A stretch of DNA of 64,000 bases, taken from contig CM068755.1 in assembly GCA_035084275.1 (NCBI GenBank), positions 12,648,001-12,712,000 of the forward strand, in the 5' to 3' direction. Source of the stretch: Hydrolagus colliei (lineage: Eukaryota). The position numbers were made by a program, and so were the translations under genes. Shown here in pieces: positions 25,950 to 38,400 of the stretch; within the stretch, counting starts at the first letter, position 1; each line of letters begins with the position of its first letter. Below the pieces are notes generated by a model, which was given only the letters and a program-made list of their open reading frames with translations, was not told the DNA's origin and searched no databases.

Positions 25950-26690
25950 TTCCTCAGCCCAGTCAACCTTGGGACAGCCAAAGTCTCCCATTATATCTGC
26001 AAACCTCTTTAGATTCACTACAAATCTTATCCTCTATTTACCAATATTTGGTGGTCTGTATTGTACAATATGGCATCAGATCCCTTATTACCTCACCTCA
26101 ACTCAGTCAAACTCTGCCTAATCACTAGCTTCTAAAAGTTTTTTTAAATCTCAGTTAATCAGGTCACCCCTCCTTTGTTTCCTTCTCAGTCCGCCTTGAA
26201 AATTCTGTAGTCAGGGATATTTAGTTCCCACCCATGCCCCATCTAAAGCCAACTTTCTGTCAAAGCTATAACATTATATCATTCTAATTTAATCAGTGTC
26301 TCCAGTTTCTTGATTTTATTCCCAAATCTTTGAAGATTTGTATATAACCACTTCAACTCTGACTCATTTATCCCCTCAGACCATCCACCCTTCTAATTTT
26401 TTTTCCCTATTATAAATTCTTCCGCATTCCTTTTGTTTCAGTTGCCTTCTATTTGCTTAGTTTTTTCTTCCCATCTCTTCACTGGTTTAAATCCTTCTCC
26501 ACTGCTCCACCCACACTGGCTTTGGGAGAACAGTGGTACCATTGCAGTTCAAACGAAGGTCATCCCTACCCTATAGCTTTCTGCTCCAACATTCATGTCA
26601 GTGTCCCAGGCTGAAACGCTCCCTATTAGACCATCTCAAGCCAGGCATTAAATATTATTCCTTCTGAACTAATTTGAGCATGGCAATGTG
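25950..26690 (-). mobile_element. Old CR1 LINE internal remnant: ORF1 esterase C-terminus plus ORF2 APE endonuclease N-terminus
   Basis: Hand translation of the minus strand gives, with stops and frameshifts: FNAWLE..LGH*HECW..RDDLRLNCNGTTVL (cf. ORF1 SGNH-esterase RDGLHLN..GT), then LKWLYTN...NKIKKLETLI, YNVIALTESWL, WELNIPDYRIFKAD*EGNKGGV, YRPPN, IMGDF..PKVDW (APE motifs). Confidence 0.8.
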
Positions 26691-27087
26691 AATAATGCTC
26701 AAGATGCCCTTGTAAGAGCTCCATTATACCCTTTTATATATCACTGGTTCCTACACAAACTATTATATCTGATTTTTCCCTCCCCCCCACCCCAGTTTGC
26801 AAAAACATATTCACCCTGTTTGTTGTGTCCCTTACCCAGCTGCTGGCCACAACAAGCAATGAAGGCAATACTGGTCACAGCTGCAACTAGAATTCCTGAC
26901 CACTTCCACATCCCTCTTCTTATGACTGTCCATAATCTTTTCTCTATCAACTACCATTTGCGCACAAGTCTGTAGTATCTGCTCATATTCCCCATCAGTA
27001 CAAAACACCTTTGGCAATTTTCAGATTTTCATGTGGTTCATGCACTCATTCCTGTCAAGCGATTGGTAAACCGCTTTCCTGAGGCTG

Positions 27088-27273
27088 TAATAATTCTGTT
27101 AAAAAAAAATGTAAGTCAACAATTGTTTGTGGGACTCTGCTGTGAGAAATTGGCTGCTGCGTTTCGCCCACAAATACACAGTTAATTAACGTAACAGTAT
27201 ATTCTGTGAAGAGTTTTGAGATGTCTAGAAGATGTGATGAGGCACCCTAGTAAATTCAAGCAGTATTATTATA
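27088..27273 (+). mobile_element. tRNA-SINE, 5'-truncated (TTA-tail family)
   Basis: TTTGTGGGACTCTGCTGTGAGAAATTGGCTGCTGCGTTTCGCCCACAAATACACAG...GAGATGTCTAGAAGATGTGA...TATTATTATA. Confidence 0.9.
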
Positions 27274-27311
27274 ATCTCACCCCAATGCTCCACCCTCTAC
27301 CTCATTCTTCT

Positions 27312-27335
27312 CCTCTCTCTCTCTCTCTCTCTCTC
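27312..27335 (+). repeat. (CT)n microsatellite
   Basis: Directly visible CT dinucleotide run. Confidence 0.9.
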
Positions 27336-28486
27336 CGTATGGTGACCACCTCATGGAATGCTTGATTCCAGGGAACATTTTTTACTCTTGTATACAACTG
27401 TGTGGCCCCAGCTGTTCCTTAATCTCAGTAGTTTTGAACTGCAGTGAGACCAGCCGGGCACACTTCCTGTACATGTGTGTATTTGTCCCACAGACACAGG
27501 GCATCCTGGGATCTGCCATATCACACAGGTTCAGCACAGTATGGGCCTCATCTGTTTTGATATACTAACTGAGCTGGAAGTTATTTTGTAGCAACAAATA
27601 AAACATGGAAAACAGTTTATTCCATGACAATTTTAGCCTCTTATTGAAGAGTGCAGTATTGTAAAATGTGTTGCATGCATTGCTGAAAATCCCTAGGCCC
27701 AACATATGTACACAATAATTTGACATTAATATCTTAGTGCTTTTCATTTCAAAGTGGGGTAGGGGAAGCTGAGGGTGGATGGGAAAGGTGACCAAAAACA
27801 TGAAAAATCCAAAGTGGGCTTTAAAGATGGAGGGGGGGTGGGGTGTGGGGGTGGGTGGTGAAGGGGTGAGGTAGAGAGATTCCAGGATGCAATTCCATAA
27901 ACCTGGGGCAGAGGGTTATGCAAATAGCTTTCCCTCCCTCCCTGAATCCCCTTTTAGTTTGTCCACTGAACAGATCCTCTTTCCTCTAGAATCCCCAAAT
28001 GCTCAGTTAAAGAGTGAACATCAGGCATAGAAGACAAGGCCTCTTTTAAGTTTTGTTACTTTTCTTTCCTTTGCTTTCCATGCCATTGTACCTCCTGCAG
28101 GAGTCCTTGCCTGCTTGTTTGACCTGGGAGGAGGGATTGATTTGTTTTGGCAATTTCCTCCCTAGATCTGCTTCCTCTCAGTAGGATCTGGGCTGTGCCT
28201 TTTGTTGTTGTACCAAACATAGAGCTTTTCTCTTTTCAGGGCATTGAGGAAGTCCACCCCAGTGTGCCTGAGCACTCCTCGCAGGCCTCTTTCTTTTTTA
28301 TCCACTGTTTTTCCTTCTTTAGCATTGCAGGGAAGCCATGCAGCACTTTTTAAGCCTCTCCTACTTTTCTCTCATTAACTAACAAAACAGTGACATTTTA
28401 TGCTAGACAAGGTGCGGGACATTAGTGAGAACAGAACATTATGCTCTCTGGGTACCTGGCGCCAGAATCAAATGTTCCCAAATTAC

Positions 28487-28730
28487 TCCTGCAGTAGCTC
28501 AGTTGATAAAAGTCACTGCCCGGTGTGAAATTATGACTATAACAATAACTGGCATTTGCATGGCGCCTTCTGAGCAATATGGACCAGAAAGATCACAAGT
28601 TTTAGCTGAATTAACTGATTTCTGCTGCCGTAATTGACTTCAATGCCTTGTCAAGGGGGAAGGGGGTAAATTCAGTCAAGTTTCCCAGTCCAGATAATTG
28701 CTAAACAGTAAACACTGTTGGAAAGTGCAC
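28487..28730 (+). mobile_element. Ancient tRNA-headed SINE of a further family, with a short L2-like tail inserted at ~28541-28571
   Basis: Box A-like GTAGCTCAGTTGAT head; body GCTGAATTAACTGAT...GGGGGAAGGGGTAAATTCAGTCAAG...GGAAAGTG; possibly related remnants at ~45385-45485 (+) and ~50430-50480 (-). Family not named. Confidence 0.45.
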
Positions 28731-30869
28731 CAATGTAAATATTACGTTAAGCAGGATTAAACTCCCAAGTAATATTTTAACTTAAATGTCAGAATGCCTG
28801 TTTCTTTACCTTGCACTAACCATCCTTGTACCCCGTTCAGCACAATAGTGTTAACTCTCGCTAAAATGTCACCTGAACTTTTATTATTGCACTGCTGCCA
28901 TTGGAGTGTTATGATTGGTTCATGCTATGGCATTGCTACAATTTGTGGTCAGGGTGAAATGAGCTACAGATTCAGTTTGGCTTTTTGCTAGATTGGAGTT
29001 TTGTCGTTGCTAGACAATCATACAGAGGCAACAGGGTTCAAATCTATTCTAAGATCTGTAGTGATGCATGGATTTGCACACCTTAGAGTGGCACTTGAAC
29101 ATAAACTGTGAATTAACTTCCACATCTTGCACATTAGGAGCAATACAATTGATCTCAATGGCCTGGTAAGAGAGGGACACAAGGGAGGGGGAGACAGGAG
29201 AGAAAATCAATGTATCATATTACTGGACAGAAATCAAATGTATAATAATTGCAAATTACATGAATGTTACAATTGAGCAGATTCATCTCTGTGCCTTTTA
29301 ACTGGGAAAACAATTAAACACACAAATCATGTGTGACATTGTGACACATAATGGACAGGATATGTAGAAGCATTGGAACTAGCTGAAAGGGGTTAAACAA
29401 ATTTTGTGCTGCATTAAGTGCATTTTGGATTTAACCCAAAGGAGATCACTGTCATCCCCTGAACTGACTGCAGGGGAGAAACGGGGAGTCTTGATTCTCA
29501 GCCAGAAAACTGGGGACCCACACATTTCTCCCAAAGCCATCTTCATTAGTGTACTTTACAACAAAACCATGGTCCTCTGCTCTGCCTTCTGATCCTTTAT
29601 CACACAGCTGACAAGTAGAAAGAGGGAGGCCAGGGAAGCAATAGTGACAAGAAAGAGATACTATTCCTGCTTCCTGCTCGATTCACAGCAGTAAAGGGGT
29701 TTTATTTTCCTCCGCAGGAGAGGAGGCAGGAACGGGGAAGTCAGAATTACTTATGGTGGAACAAGTCCTGCCAATGTGCTTAAGTGGAAATGTTGGCATC
29801 ATGTGGGTTTCATTCAACCCTCTGTTCTGAGAAACTCACTTCTTGTTTTGTAAGTTATGAAAGGTCTTTAGTCCTCAATGGGCAAGAGTCCAGGAAAACA
29901 TTTCTGCTGTTTACTGAATTGTTCGAAACAGCGTGCCTATTGCCAACAGCAAAGGAATGGCTCCTTAGCTTACTGCCATTCATCTCCAAACCTTCAGTGA
30001 TATCATGCCAGTAGTGTCTTATAAGCATCTCATCGCTTTTTGAGGCACACAGGCATACACATGGGGCGAAAAATGCAGAGTTTTGTATCAGATTTGATGT
30101 GATAATTACCACTTTGAAACCGTTATGAAACATCACTTTTTTTTTCCACTGCACTGCATAACCATTACACTAATACACAAAATAACATCAATACTTGAAT
30201 TACATCCATGATGATTCAGAAGGAAAGGATTATAATATGCTTATGATGTGGTATTTTTTGCCTTTTACTTATTTGCACTTTCTTTGCAAAAGGAATCAGA
30301 GCCTAAAAAGCACCCCACATCTGCTTAAAGGTACTTTCTCATTGTTGATGTAAACTCACTGAATCTACCCTAGCAACGTGGTAAATCTGCTTCTGTTTTA
30401 AAGGTGAGATGAATTCTGAGACAGCAGTAAAGCAAAATGAATGCGGGATCGAAGTCCACATCTACGTTCATTTAGTTTCACACAGAATGTTTGATGCATC
30501 CACTTTGCTCTCTTTACACAGGGAGATAGATGTGTGGTTTACAAGAACATGTACAGCAGTTGAAGCAGTGCGTGATGCACTCACATGCCCTGCTTGATGC
30601 ATGTATGAATGTGTTAAAGAGAAATGATACCTGTGGAGATGTCCTGTGGAGAGCCAGCAGTCTAAATGGGTCATCTGCACTTGGTTCTCCAACACTGTTT
30701 CACACACTGAGTCTAAACGATGGCACCAGGACTCAATGTAAACAAGAGTTAGCAGAACAACCTTAATCGTTTGACTAGTCGCTTTCCAAAAGCATTGCCG
30801 CGAAATCTTAGAATATACAGCTGAGCTACGGGCAGGCTCTCATCAATGACAATAAAGAATTAAAAAATA

Positions 30870-30965
30870 TATAATAATAAGCCTTACATTTGGTACTGCA
30901 CCTTTTGTGTCAGGAGATGTCATAAAGCGCTTCGCTAGATACAATCTAAAGTGTAATGACTGTAT
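30870..30965 (-). mobile_element. Older SINE 3' tail
   Basis: ATAATAATAAGCCTTACATTTGG...GTCAGGAGATGTCATAAAGCGCTTC...AAAGTGTAATGACTG. Confidence 0.6.
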
Positions 30966-32542
30966 TTTCTAGCCAAATACATCAACTAATCTGCCATGAA
31001 GCAAATGATCAATTTTATTTAAGGGAATATTGGCTTGTACACCAATGTCTCTTTTTAATGCTTATAGTCAAATACCCCATAACTTTGTTAAATGTCAGTT
31101 GATCTCAACAACTGTGTACTGTGGGAATTATAAGAGTGCTTTTTGGCTTTTCTGAACAATTTAAATGTTCGTTTTAAGGGTATGTGGAATGCAATTAAAT
31201 ACATTTGTTCTTTGAAACCAAACAAAATTCTTTAACACTTCAGAAAATAACAGACACATTCCAATACAAACCCATGGCAACCTTGCTCAATCAAACAAAG
31301 ATACAGGTTGTATAATTTTTTTACTGTAGAACTATAAACTGGTTGGGAAGAAACACCCTGTGTCTTTAATAAGACTGGCGTTTTTATAATGCATGTTTTA
31401 TCATCCCTTCTAGATTTAAACTGGAAAGCAATTAACAAATCCAGAATAATTTGCTGGTGGATGGGGAGTAAAGTGAATACCGATGTTTGCATATTAATGT
31501 ACAAACATTTTAAAATGCTGCACCCATAAAAAAAAGAAAGAACAATACAATTACGAAATAAAAAGGGAATGAAATAATTTCCATCAAAAAATGTGCCAGT
31601 GGGGAAACTCAGCCAGCTTTTCATTAACTCTCGGCTTACCCAGAATCTAGCAAAAGGTTTCTCGGAGTCAAAGATTTTATGAACCCCTTTGGACTGCCCT
31701 TTGTACAGAAGCTGATATGTGTGAACTTCCTGTATGACTTGTTCAGAAAATATTGGACAGTAATTCATATCAAGTGGAGCAGGTGAACAAAGCACACAGA
31801 TAGCAGTAAGGATAAAGTGATAGCACATCTCTCAAACAGATGCCCTTTTTATAGCTGAAAAGAGATGCTTAAAGTTGCAGGTGGCTGGGCTTACATCACC
31901 TCTGTGGAGGGCTGTAAGAACTCCCTCAGAGGTCTACTTTTATTCTGCATTTAATCACCCAAGGTTACATGAAATAGCTTCAGTGCAACAACAGTGTGAT
32001 GGGAACCAGAATATGAAAGGGGGGAAGAGAGAGATAGCCATTAGGTTTACACATTGTGACTTATATTAACACACTAAACTCCAGCCAACAGATGCACACA
32101 CCCTTTTTAACAGCCGAGATGCCTTCAGTTGTTAGTTACAATTGGTAATAAAGCTGTAAGAACATAACTGGACTGCTGAGGTATTCCTTTTGACCCATCT
32201 GGTGCCATATATTTGAAAATAGTAAGGGTCAAAGATTCAACTATCTGACGGATTTCACATACCAGGAAAGTGCTTGAAGCTCTTCACCAACTAAGATGAC
32301 ATGCCCACAGAAGCTGGAATTTGAAGGTTGGGCTCTTTAAGGGAAAGTGATATTTTAGCTTCACAATTCAAAACAAGGAGGTTTACTTTACAGATCCAGT
32401 AAAACAGGGAAAATGCAATAATTATTGCTGTAGCAAACCATTGTCGTTTCATTATAAATTGTTGTGAACGGAATCTTTCCGGGCTTGTGGATTTGTATTA
32501 CCAGTAATATTCAATACAGTATGTACAGCAGGTGGACTGTAA

Positions 32543-32750
32543 AACAACAACCACTTGCATTTACATAGTGTCCTCCATGTAGGGTAGCGGCTTAGAGTGC
32601 TTAAGGTGGTAGCCTGACAACGAGCTGGGTGGTGGGGGTGGGGGGGGGGTGCTGCAGGAATGTGACCATAAGCATGGTTGAAAAAGAAGGTTTTCAGGCG
32701 GGGCTTGTAAATGGAGAGAGAGAGGTCAAGACAGAGGGATTTGAGGGAGA
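32543..32750 (-). mobile_element. L2 LINE 3' end
   Basis: AACAACAACCACTTGCATTTACATAGTG tail, G-rich 3'UTR, GGTTGAAAAAGAAGGTTTTCAGG (minus strand reads LKTFFFN, cf. the L2 C-terminus LKT.LF). Confidence 0.7.
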
Positions 32751-34149
32751 GTGAACTTGAAATAGTAGAGAATGGACTTGAAATAATTTCAGACTTAGTT
32801 GCAATGCTGTACTCTGATCATTCTTGTTCTGGTTATTTCCTGTAAGTTTTTAGCTCTTGAAACCTGCCTTCACACTGGTTTTATCAGCTGATCCTCAAAA
32901 GGGTGGGGTGGCTGAGCTTTGCTCCACACTATCCAATAGGAACCATGAGTTTGTTCTCTGTGGAAGAGCTTCTTCCTTTGGGGATGAAAGGTTCCATCTT
33001 AAAACAAAACTGCCCAAGATCTGAAAAAGGTCATCCTTAGGGATAGCAGGAAGTCAAATGTCAGCTTCAGTGGGGGCATGAACACAAAACCTTAGAAGGG
33101 GGAATCCAATACTTTACAATCTTGAATGACCAAATTTCCCTCTAATTAGATGATTTTAATGGTTTATTAAATGATCAAGGAGTGGAGAATCTATTATCTG
33201 CTATTTCATTAAAGCAGAAGGTTGGGTTCAATGTTCAGGTCAAAATACTAAGGTTAGCGACATGGTTTCAAACTCCAGAAAATGCTAACCATGCATAAAG
33301 CACGTAAGGCATTAGGACAGCTGAAAACAAAATTGAATGGAAATATAAATATGGATTTTTTGGGTGGAGGTGGGGTGGGTGGGGGGATGGCAGGGGCGAA
33401 GCTGGGGACATGGGTGGGGGTGGCATTGTGGGGTGGGGGTTGTTGGGATGTAGATTGGTTTTCAATAGACAAGGCTTTGTAAGGAAAATCCAGAACTTTC
33501 TGTTGGTGTGAACTAGAGTGCATGAAACTAGGTGCAAAGGGATTAAACCAGGTTGGATCTGGATCTATGGATTTAGTCAGCCCTAGTAATCATAACTAAA
33601 ACACAAACATAAAGATTACAACAGCTGGAACTGCTTACCCTTTTTTCAATGTTGTGAACAGCAGCGCATTGTAAATTCAGATATTCAAGGATAACCAAAC
33701 CTGGTTTCTGTTCCCCATGTGAAAAGAGAAGCATGAGAAATATGGCTTTGTCAAAGTCATAAAACAGAAATATGTTTTTTGCTAAACTCCCTTGCTTACT
33801 GTAGCTTATGTAAAGAACACACACAAGAACTATGGTTTGATCTTCAAGCCAAGAATGAAAGATGATCATAGCTTTAATTGATAACAAGAACTATTTTGAT
33901 GCACTAACATGCTCTTTTAGTTAAACAGATGCCTGCATCATTATGGAACAGCTTCATTTAAGGAGATCAAATCAAAATTATCTGAACTCCAAACAAAAAT
34001 CAGGTATTCAGAATGAGTTAGATTTAAGATGCACAATGTCACTGTACGAAACTTTTAAATTTATAAACCTCAAGTTACCACCAGTCAAGAAAACAATCAG
34101 TTTGGTTCTTAAAGTCAGAGGAACTAAAACGTCTTCCACTCAACACCAT

Positions 34150-34790
34150 TCACACCTCTGATCAGGAAGCCATGGGTTCAACTTCAATTTCAAGACATTG
34201 ATCTCACAATCTAAACTAGAAGTTCAGTGCAACACTGGGGGAATGCTCCATTGTTGAAACGACAGTAGAACCCCATTATAATGGGTCCGTAAATCCAAAC
34301 ATTGTGTAATAATAGGGCACAAAACAAAATGGCTGCCCATTACTTTCTGCATGCTGCCAGTATCCCAAACTAAAAATAGCTGACTTTGGGTAAGTATGAT
34401 ATAACTTTCTGCACTGTGTGATTGCAACCTATGCTCAAGCACTTCCAAGATATAAAAGCAGATTTGCATTATAACTTAGTTCTACAGTATGGTCCTTCAG
34501 GTGAGTCATTATACTGTACTTAGATCTAATTCTCTGTTTAATAAGCGTTCAAGATCCCAAGATACTATTTCAAAGAAGAGAAGATCAGTGAATCCTAGGC
34601 AATTCTCTTTCTTATTGCAATTCACCAAAACATTATGAATACGGTTAATCATCGCATTGCTTTTGTGGGATGCAATGTTATTGACATAGATTAGCCCATG
34701 TTATAAACACTACATTTCAAAGTAATTTTTTGTATGAAGCATTTTGAGACACTTTGATGTGCCAAGCCACTGTATAAACTGATTATACAT
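34150..34790 (+). mobile_element. Near full-length old DeuSINE-like SINE interrupted by a MITE
   Basis: Head CCTCTGATCAGGAAGCCATGGGTTCAAC (box B-like), CAGTGCAACACTGGGGGAATGCT; resumes after 34489 with AAGATCCCAAGATACTATTTCAAAGAAGAG...GCTTTTGTGGGAT...GAAGCATTTTGAGACA. Confidence 0.7.
34263..34487. mobile_element. Older Tigger/pogo-like MITE (~225 bp) inside the SINE
   Basis: Left end CAGTAGAACCCCATTATAATG versus reverse complement of right end CTGTAGAACTAAGTTATAATG (16/21 identical); TA after the right end; SINE sequence is collinear across it. Confidence 0.6.
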
Positions 34791-34944
34791 TAATAAAATT
34801 ATTTTGAGTTATAGAAATACCACATTATATTGACTTGTGTCTTTAAAGGCTTCTATAAGAAGCTTATACCTTGAAGATTCTCAACAAACATTTTCCAAAT
34901 AAAAAACAACCGCAGTCTTTTTTCTGATGTCTGAGTGGAAGATG

Positions 34945-35450
34945 TTCATCTTGATCATTTGCTTCATGGCTGTTTTGGGGAAATTACTGTGTGCAAATTG
35001 GCTGACATGTTCACCTACAAACTGCAAATCACTGTACTTTAGTGGAGCTCAGTGGTTAGAGCACTCGCCTTACAACCTAGAGACATGGGTTCAATTCCCG
35101 GCAGGGCGAAACCTTGGGCAAAATTTCCTTACTCCACACCCTTGATAATAAACCTGCCAAAAAAAAAAAACCGATAATAATTTGGTCACTCAATTCATGG
35201 GAGACTATTTGTGGGACACCGCTGTCTGCAAATGGCTGCTGCATTTCACCCACAAATGTGCAGTTAATTCACTTTACAGTATATTCTATGAAGTGCTTTG
35301 GATGTCTAGAAGACGTGAAAAACTCTATATTGAATTTAAGGCTTATTATTATTATGATTATTATTGCTTAGTACTTTACAAAACACTTTGAGGCATCCTC
35401 CTGACTTGTAAGGTGCTTTATTAAATCTAAGGATTATTATTATTTTAATT
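34945..35450 (+). mobile_element. Old DeuSINE-like 3' half, split by the young SINE at 35042-35365
   Basis: TTCATGGCTGTTTTGGGG...GTGTGCAAATTGGCTGAC...CACTGTACTTT | insert | GTACTTTACAAAACACTTTGAGGCATCCTCCTGAC...AAGGATTATTATT. Confidence 0.7.
35042..35365 (+). mobile_element. Full-length tRNA-derived SINE (~325 bp)
   Basis: Box A GGAGCTCAGTGGTTAG, box B GGTTCAATTCC, A-rich linker, shared body, (TTA)n tail; candidate 8-bp TSD GTACTTTA (35034-35041 and 35371-35378). Confidence 0.9.
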
Positions 35451-38400
35451 ATTGCTATAAGGTTCCTTCTAGTAACTGGAAGTACCTTGGTCACATCCTG
35501 CCAATTCACTGGGAACTCTACTCTGAAAGCAGTTTGCATCAGAGTGGAGTTTCTGTGAGGCAGTGGGATGTATTTCCAGCTTCTGAGCTCAGGAATCCCA
35601 TGAGAAAGCGCTACATATCTGACCCCAAGGTCATTGCTCACTGTGCTAGTCTAATGTCGTCAGCAAACTTCTACTGTAACCAAATTGCTTCCACGACCAA
35701 CATGTGGAAAAATAGCGTCTTTAACCCTGAACAATCACACAAGGCTATCAATGTTTCAGAGAGAAACATCCTTCATATCCCTTAATCTTTGTGAGTAATC
35801 ACAGGGTCACCCTTTTGTTATGACAATGGCTAATAAAAATGCAAGAAAATCAATTAGTTTAATTAAATCTCAGATTACTTAAAACCGCGGCTGCTGCTAA
35901 ATTGAGTAATGAGGAAGGGATGCTCTCTGGCTCTGTCTATTTTAATGCAATAGTACAATTTTCTGTCATGACTTTTTTACACTTTCTTCAAGCTTAGAGG
36001 ACTCTTGAGAACACTTGAGGCAATTATAGGTCTTAAAATAAAGCCTTTAAAATGGAGGGGCAGGGACTTTTGCTCTTATGCCCACAGAATGGCAGTCATT
36101 TGCCTTCATACGGCTAATCCAGCACTCATGGACATGATTATCTCATCCTGTGCCAGGATTTGAACCTGAATAGTTGCTATGTCTTAATTTAAATAAATCT
36201 CTTCATAATTATTCAAAGTAAGGCAGGCCTAGAGGAGTGCTGAGTGCACAGTTGGATAATACAGTGCCTTTTGTCCAGGGAAGATAGTCAAAGATCACAG
36301 CTGTTATCAAAGGCCTGCATAGTAGGTGTGTGTATGTGTGTGTGTGTAAAAAAAATCACACTCAAGGCTCATTTGGATCCTAGTTGTACAGTACGAAATC
36401 CAGGGAGAAGATTTAAACAAGTATTTATATAGATCTTCTCTGCAATCCTTCACAAGTAGCAAAGGAGGGAGAGAGAAACACTGGAATTGCACTAAAGAAC
36501 CACCCAGTTTTTCTCTTTGAAAAACTGTGCTTCTCAAGTCAAAGTGATTACACGCTTGAAAGATTTGAGGGCAAGATGATTTCACTGTCACAGATGCAGA
36601 GCTCGGTGAAAGAGACTGCTGACAGGACATGTGGGTGCAAAGAAACAAGCGACTTTAAACAGCACAGAAAAGTTTTTTCAAGTGGGTAGGAGACTATCTG
36701 CAAGAGACTGGAACTTTCAATTGGAAATGTAACAGCTCTTCAGTTATCTTTTGTTCAAAGGCCTATAATCAATTTACATCCATTACAACAATCAAGCAGT
36801 AACCAGAGTGTGCAGAAGACACATTGACTAAATCATTAAAACAAATAAGTAATTCTATTTTGTTTTTAGTTTGCATTTATTTGCAAAAATGTATCACAAA
36901 TAATTCCTAGTCATTGTTTTTAAATGGTCTCTTCTATTAAGACTCCATGAAAGCTGTTATCAAATATATTTCCCTTTCTGCTCTTTTGTTTTAATGAAGA
37001 ACACATTTGGCGAAGAACCTTGGACTTTTTGTTGTAAAAAAGATTACTTGATATCACATCAATAGATTTTATTGTTGGTCTAGGATTAACATGGATTAAT
37101 TGTTTTTTTGAGTGGAAAAATTTGAGTATTGCAATGGCAAATAATTTCTTGAGAATAAAGAGTTAAAGTAGCGATACCTATCAGCAGTTCCTGCGATTTT
37201 GTTGGCTTAATTTCTTCCTTATTTTCTCCTCACTCCTGCCCTGCATCCCGCCCAACTTAATTCTCTTCATCTGCACTCTGCTGCTTATTGAAGAGGGTGG
37301 GACAGTTCAGTCCACTGACATTTTCATGGATGCCAAGAGATACAGCTGAATGCTTCACAAAAGAATTTCTTCCTCCCTCTCCCATATGTCTATCTGGAGC
37401 CAGTAAACTCACCCTCAGTGAGTGCAAATGTCATTTGACAGTGGAATTCAAACCCAGGTATCCTGATCGAGAATCCAGCCATCTAGTTTGTTGGGTCATA
37501 TTATATGTATTCCAATTGAGGGGGTTGGGGATGTTCATAGACACAAAAAATCTTAATGACTACAGCACTCCTTTATTATGTTAGTAAATTACATCTGGCA
37601 GCAAAAACAGAAACATAAGTTTTAATGGCTTCAATTGGTGGGACATCATGTTAGTTCATGTAGCCACTGTCTGATCAAAGTGATAGAAAATTATGTGGGG
37701 TCTGTGATATAATCTGCCCTTATGAGTTGAGAACTTTTTCTGTTCTGTTATACAAGAGCAATAAAAGACAGATCACATTGGCCTATGGTATGCGTAGAGG
37801 CAGAAATTAATTGAGGTTATTACCAGAACCAGACCTCTGAATCTAACCTACACGTCTCGCAACATCTAAACTGATTGGAAACTAACCTCGTTGAACCATA
37901 CAAAGGGATGTGCCCTATGTGAAAGGTTCTGCGACTTATCCCAGTGCCACTTACTTCAGCTCATATCCAATTCCATGACATAAGTTTACTCTAGACTCCA
38001 TTAGAGACGCATTGCAATAGTCTCCTGTTCTCCTTTATATTCCTAATTTCCTACAGTGAACCATCCCTATCTATAAAAATATAGATTCCAGAGCTAATAG
38101 ATCCAAACAGTACAATTGATTCCCAGAAACCACAGTCCCAACAATCTTACTTATTGCAATATATGGTCACTTTGCTAACTAGTACAAAAAAAACTTGATG
38201 AAGGTGGATTTAACCAAGAAACTAAGAGCAAAATAAAAAAAATAAAAAATAGTGCTATTGAAAAGATACGAGAGGCATTGAGTTAGGGTGAATGCATCAG
38301 TGCCAGATGCCATTGATATCACTCAACTATTGGTTTATGTATTACTTTGAAAGATAATATGTGGTATAAAAGTCAGTATTGCTTTAACAACTGTTCCCCT

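Noticed and set aside
28085-28350. Minus-strand peptide GVDFLNALKREKLYV...PTERKQI, faintly like CR1 endonuclease
   Set aside because: Similarity too weak, and its position is not collinear with the CR1 remnant at 25950-26690.
31232-31828. 198-aa minus-strand ORF
   Set aside because: F/L/I/C-rich composition of T-rich non-coding DNA; no recognisable domain or splice structure.
35042-35110. Possible true tRNA gene
   Set aside because: No intact acceptor stem; continuous with the SINE body and tail.
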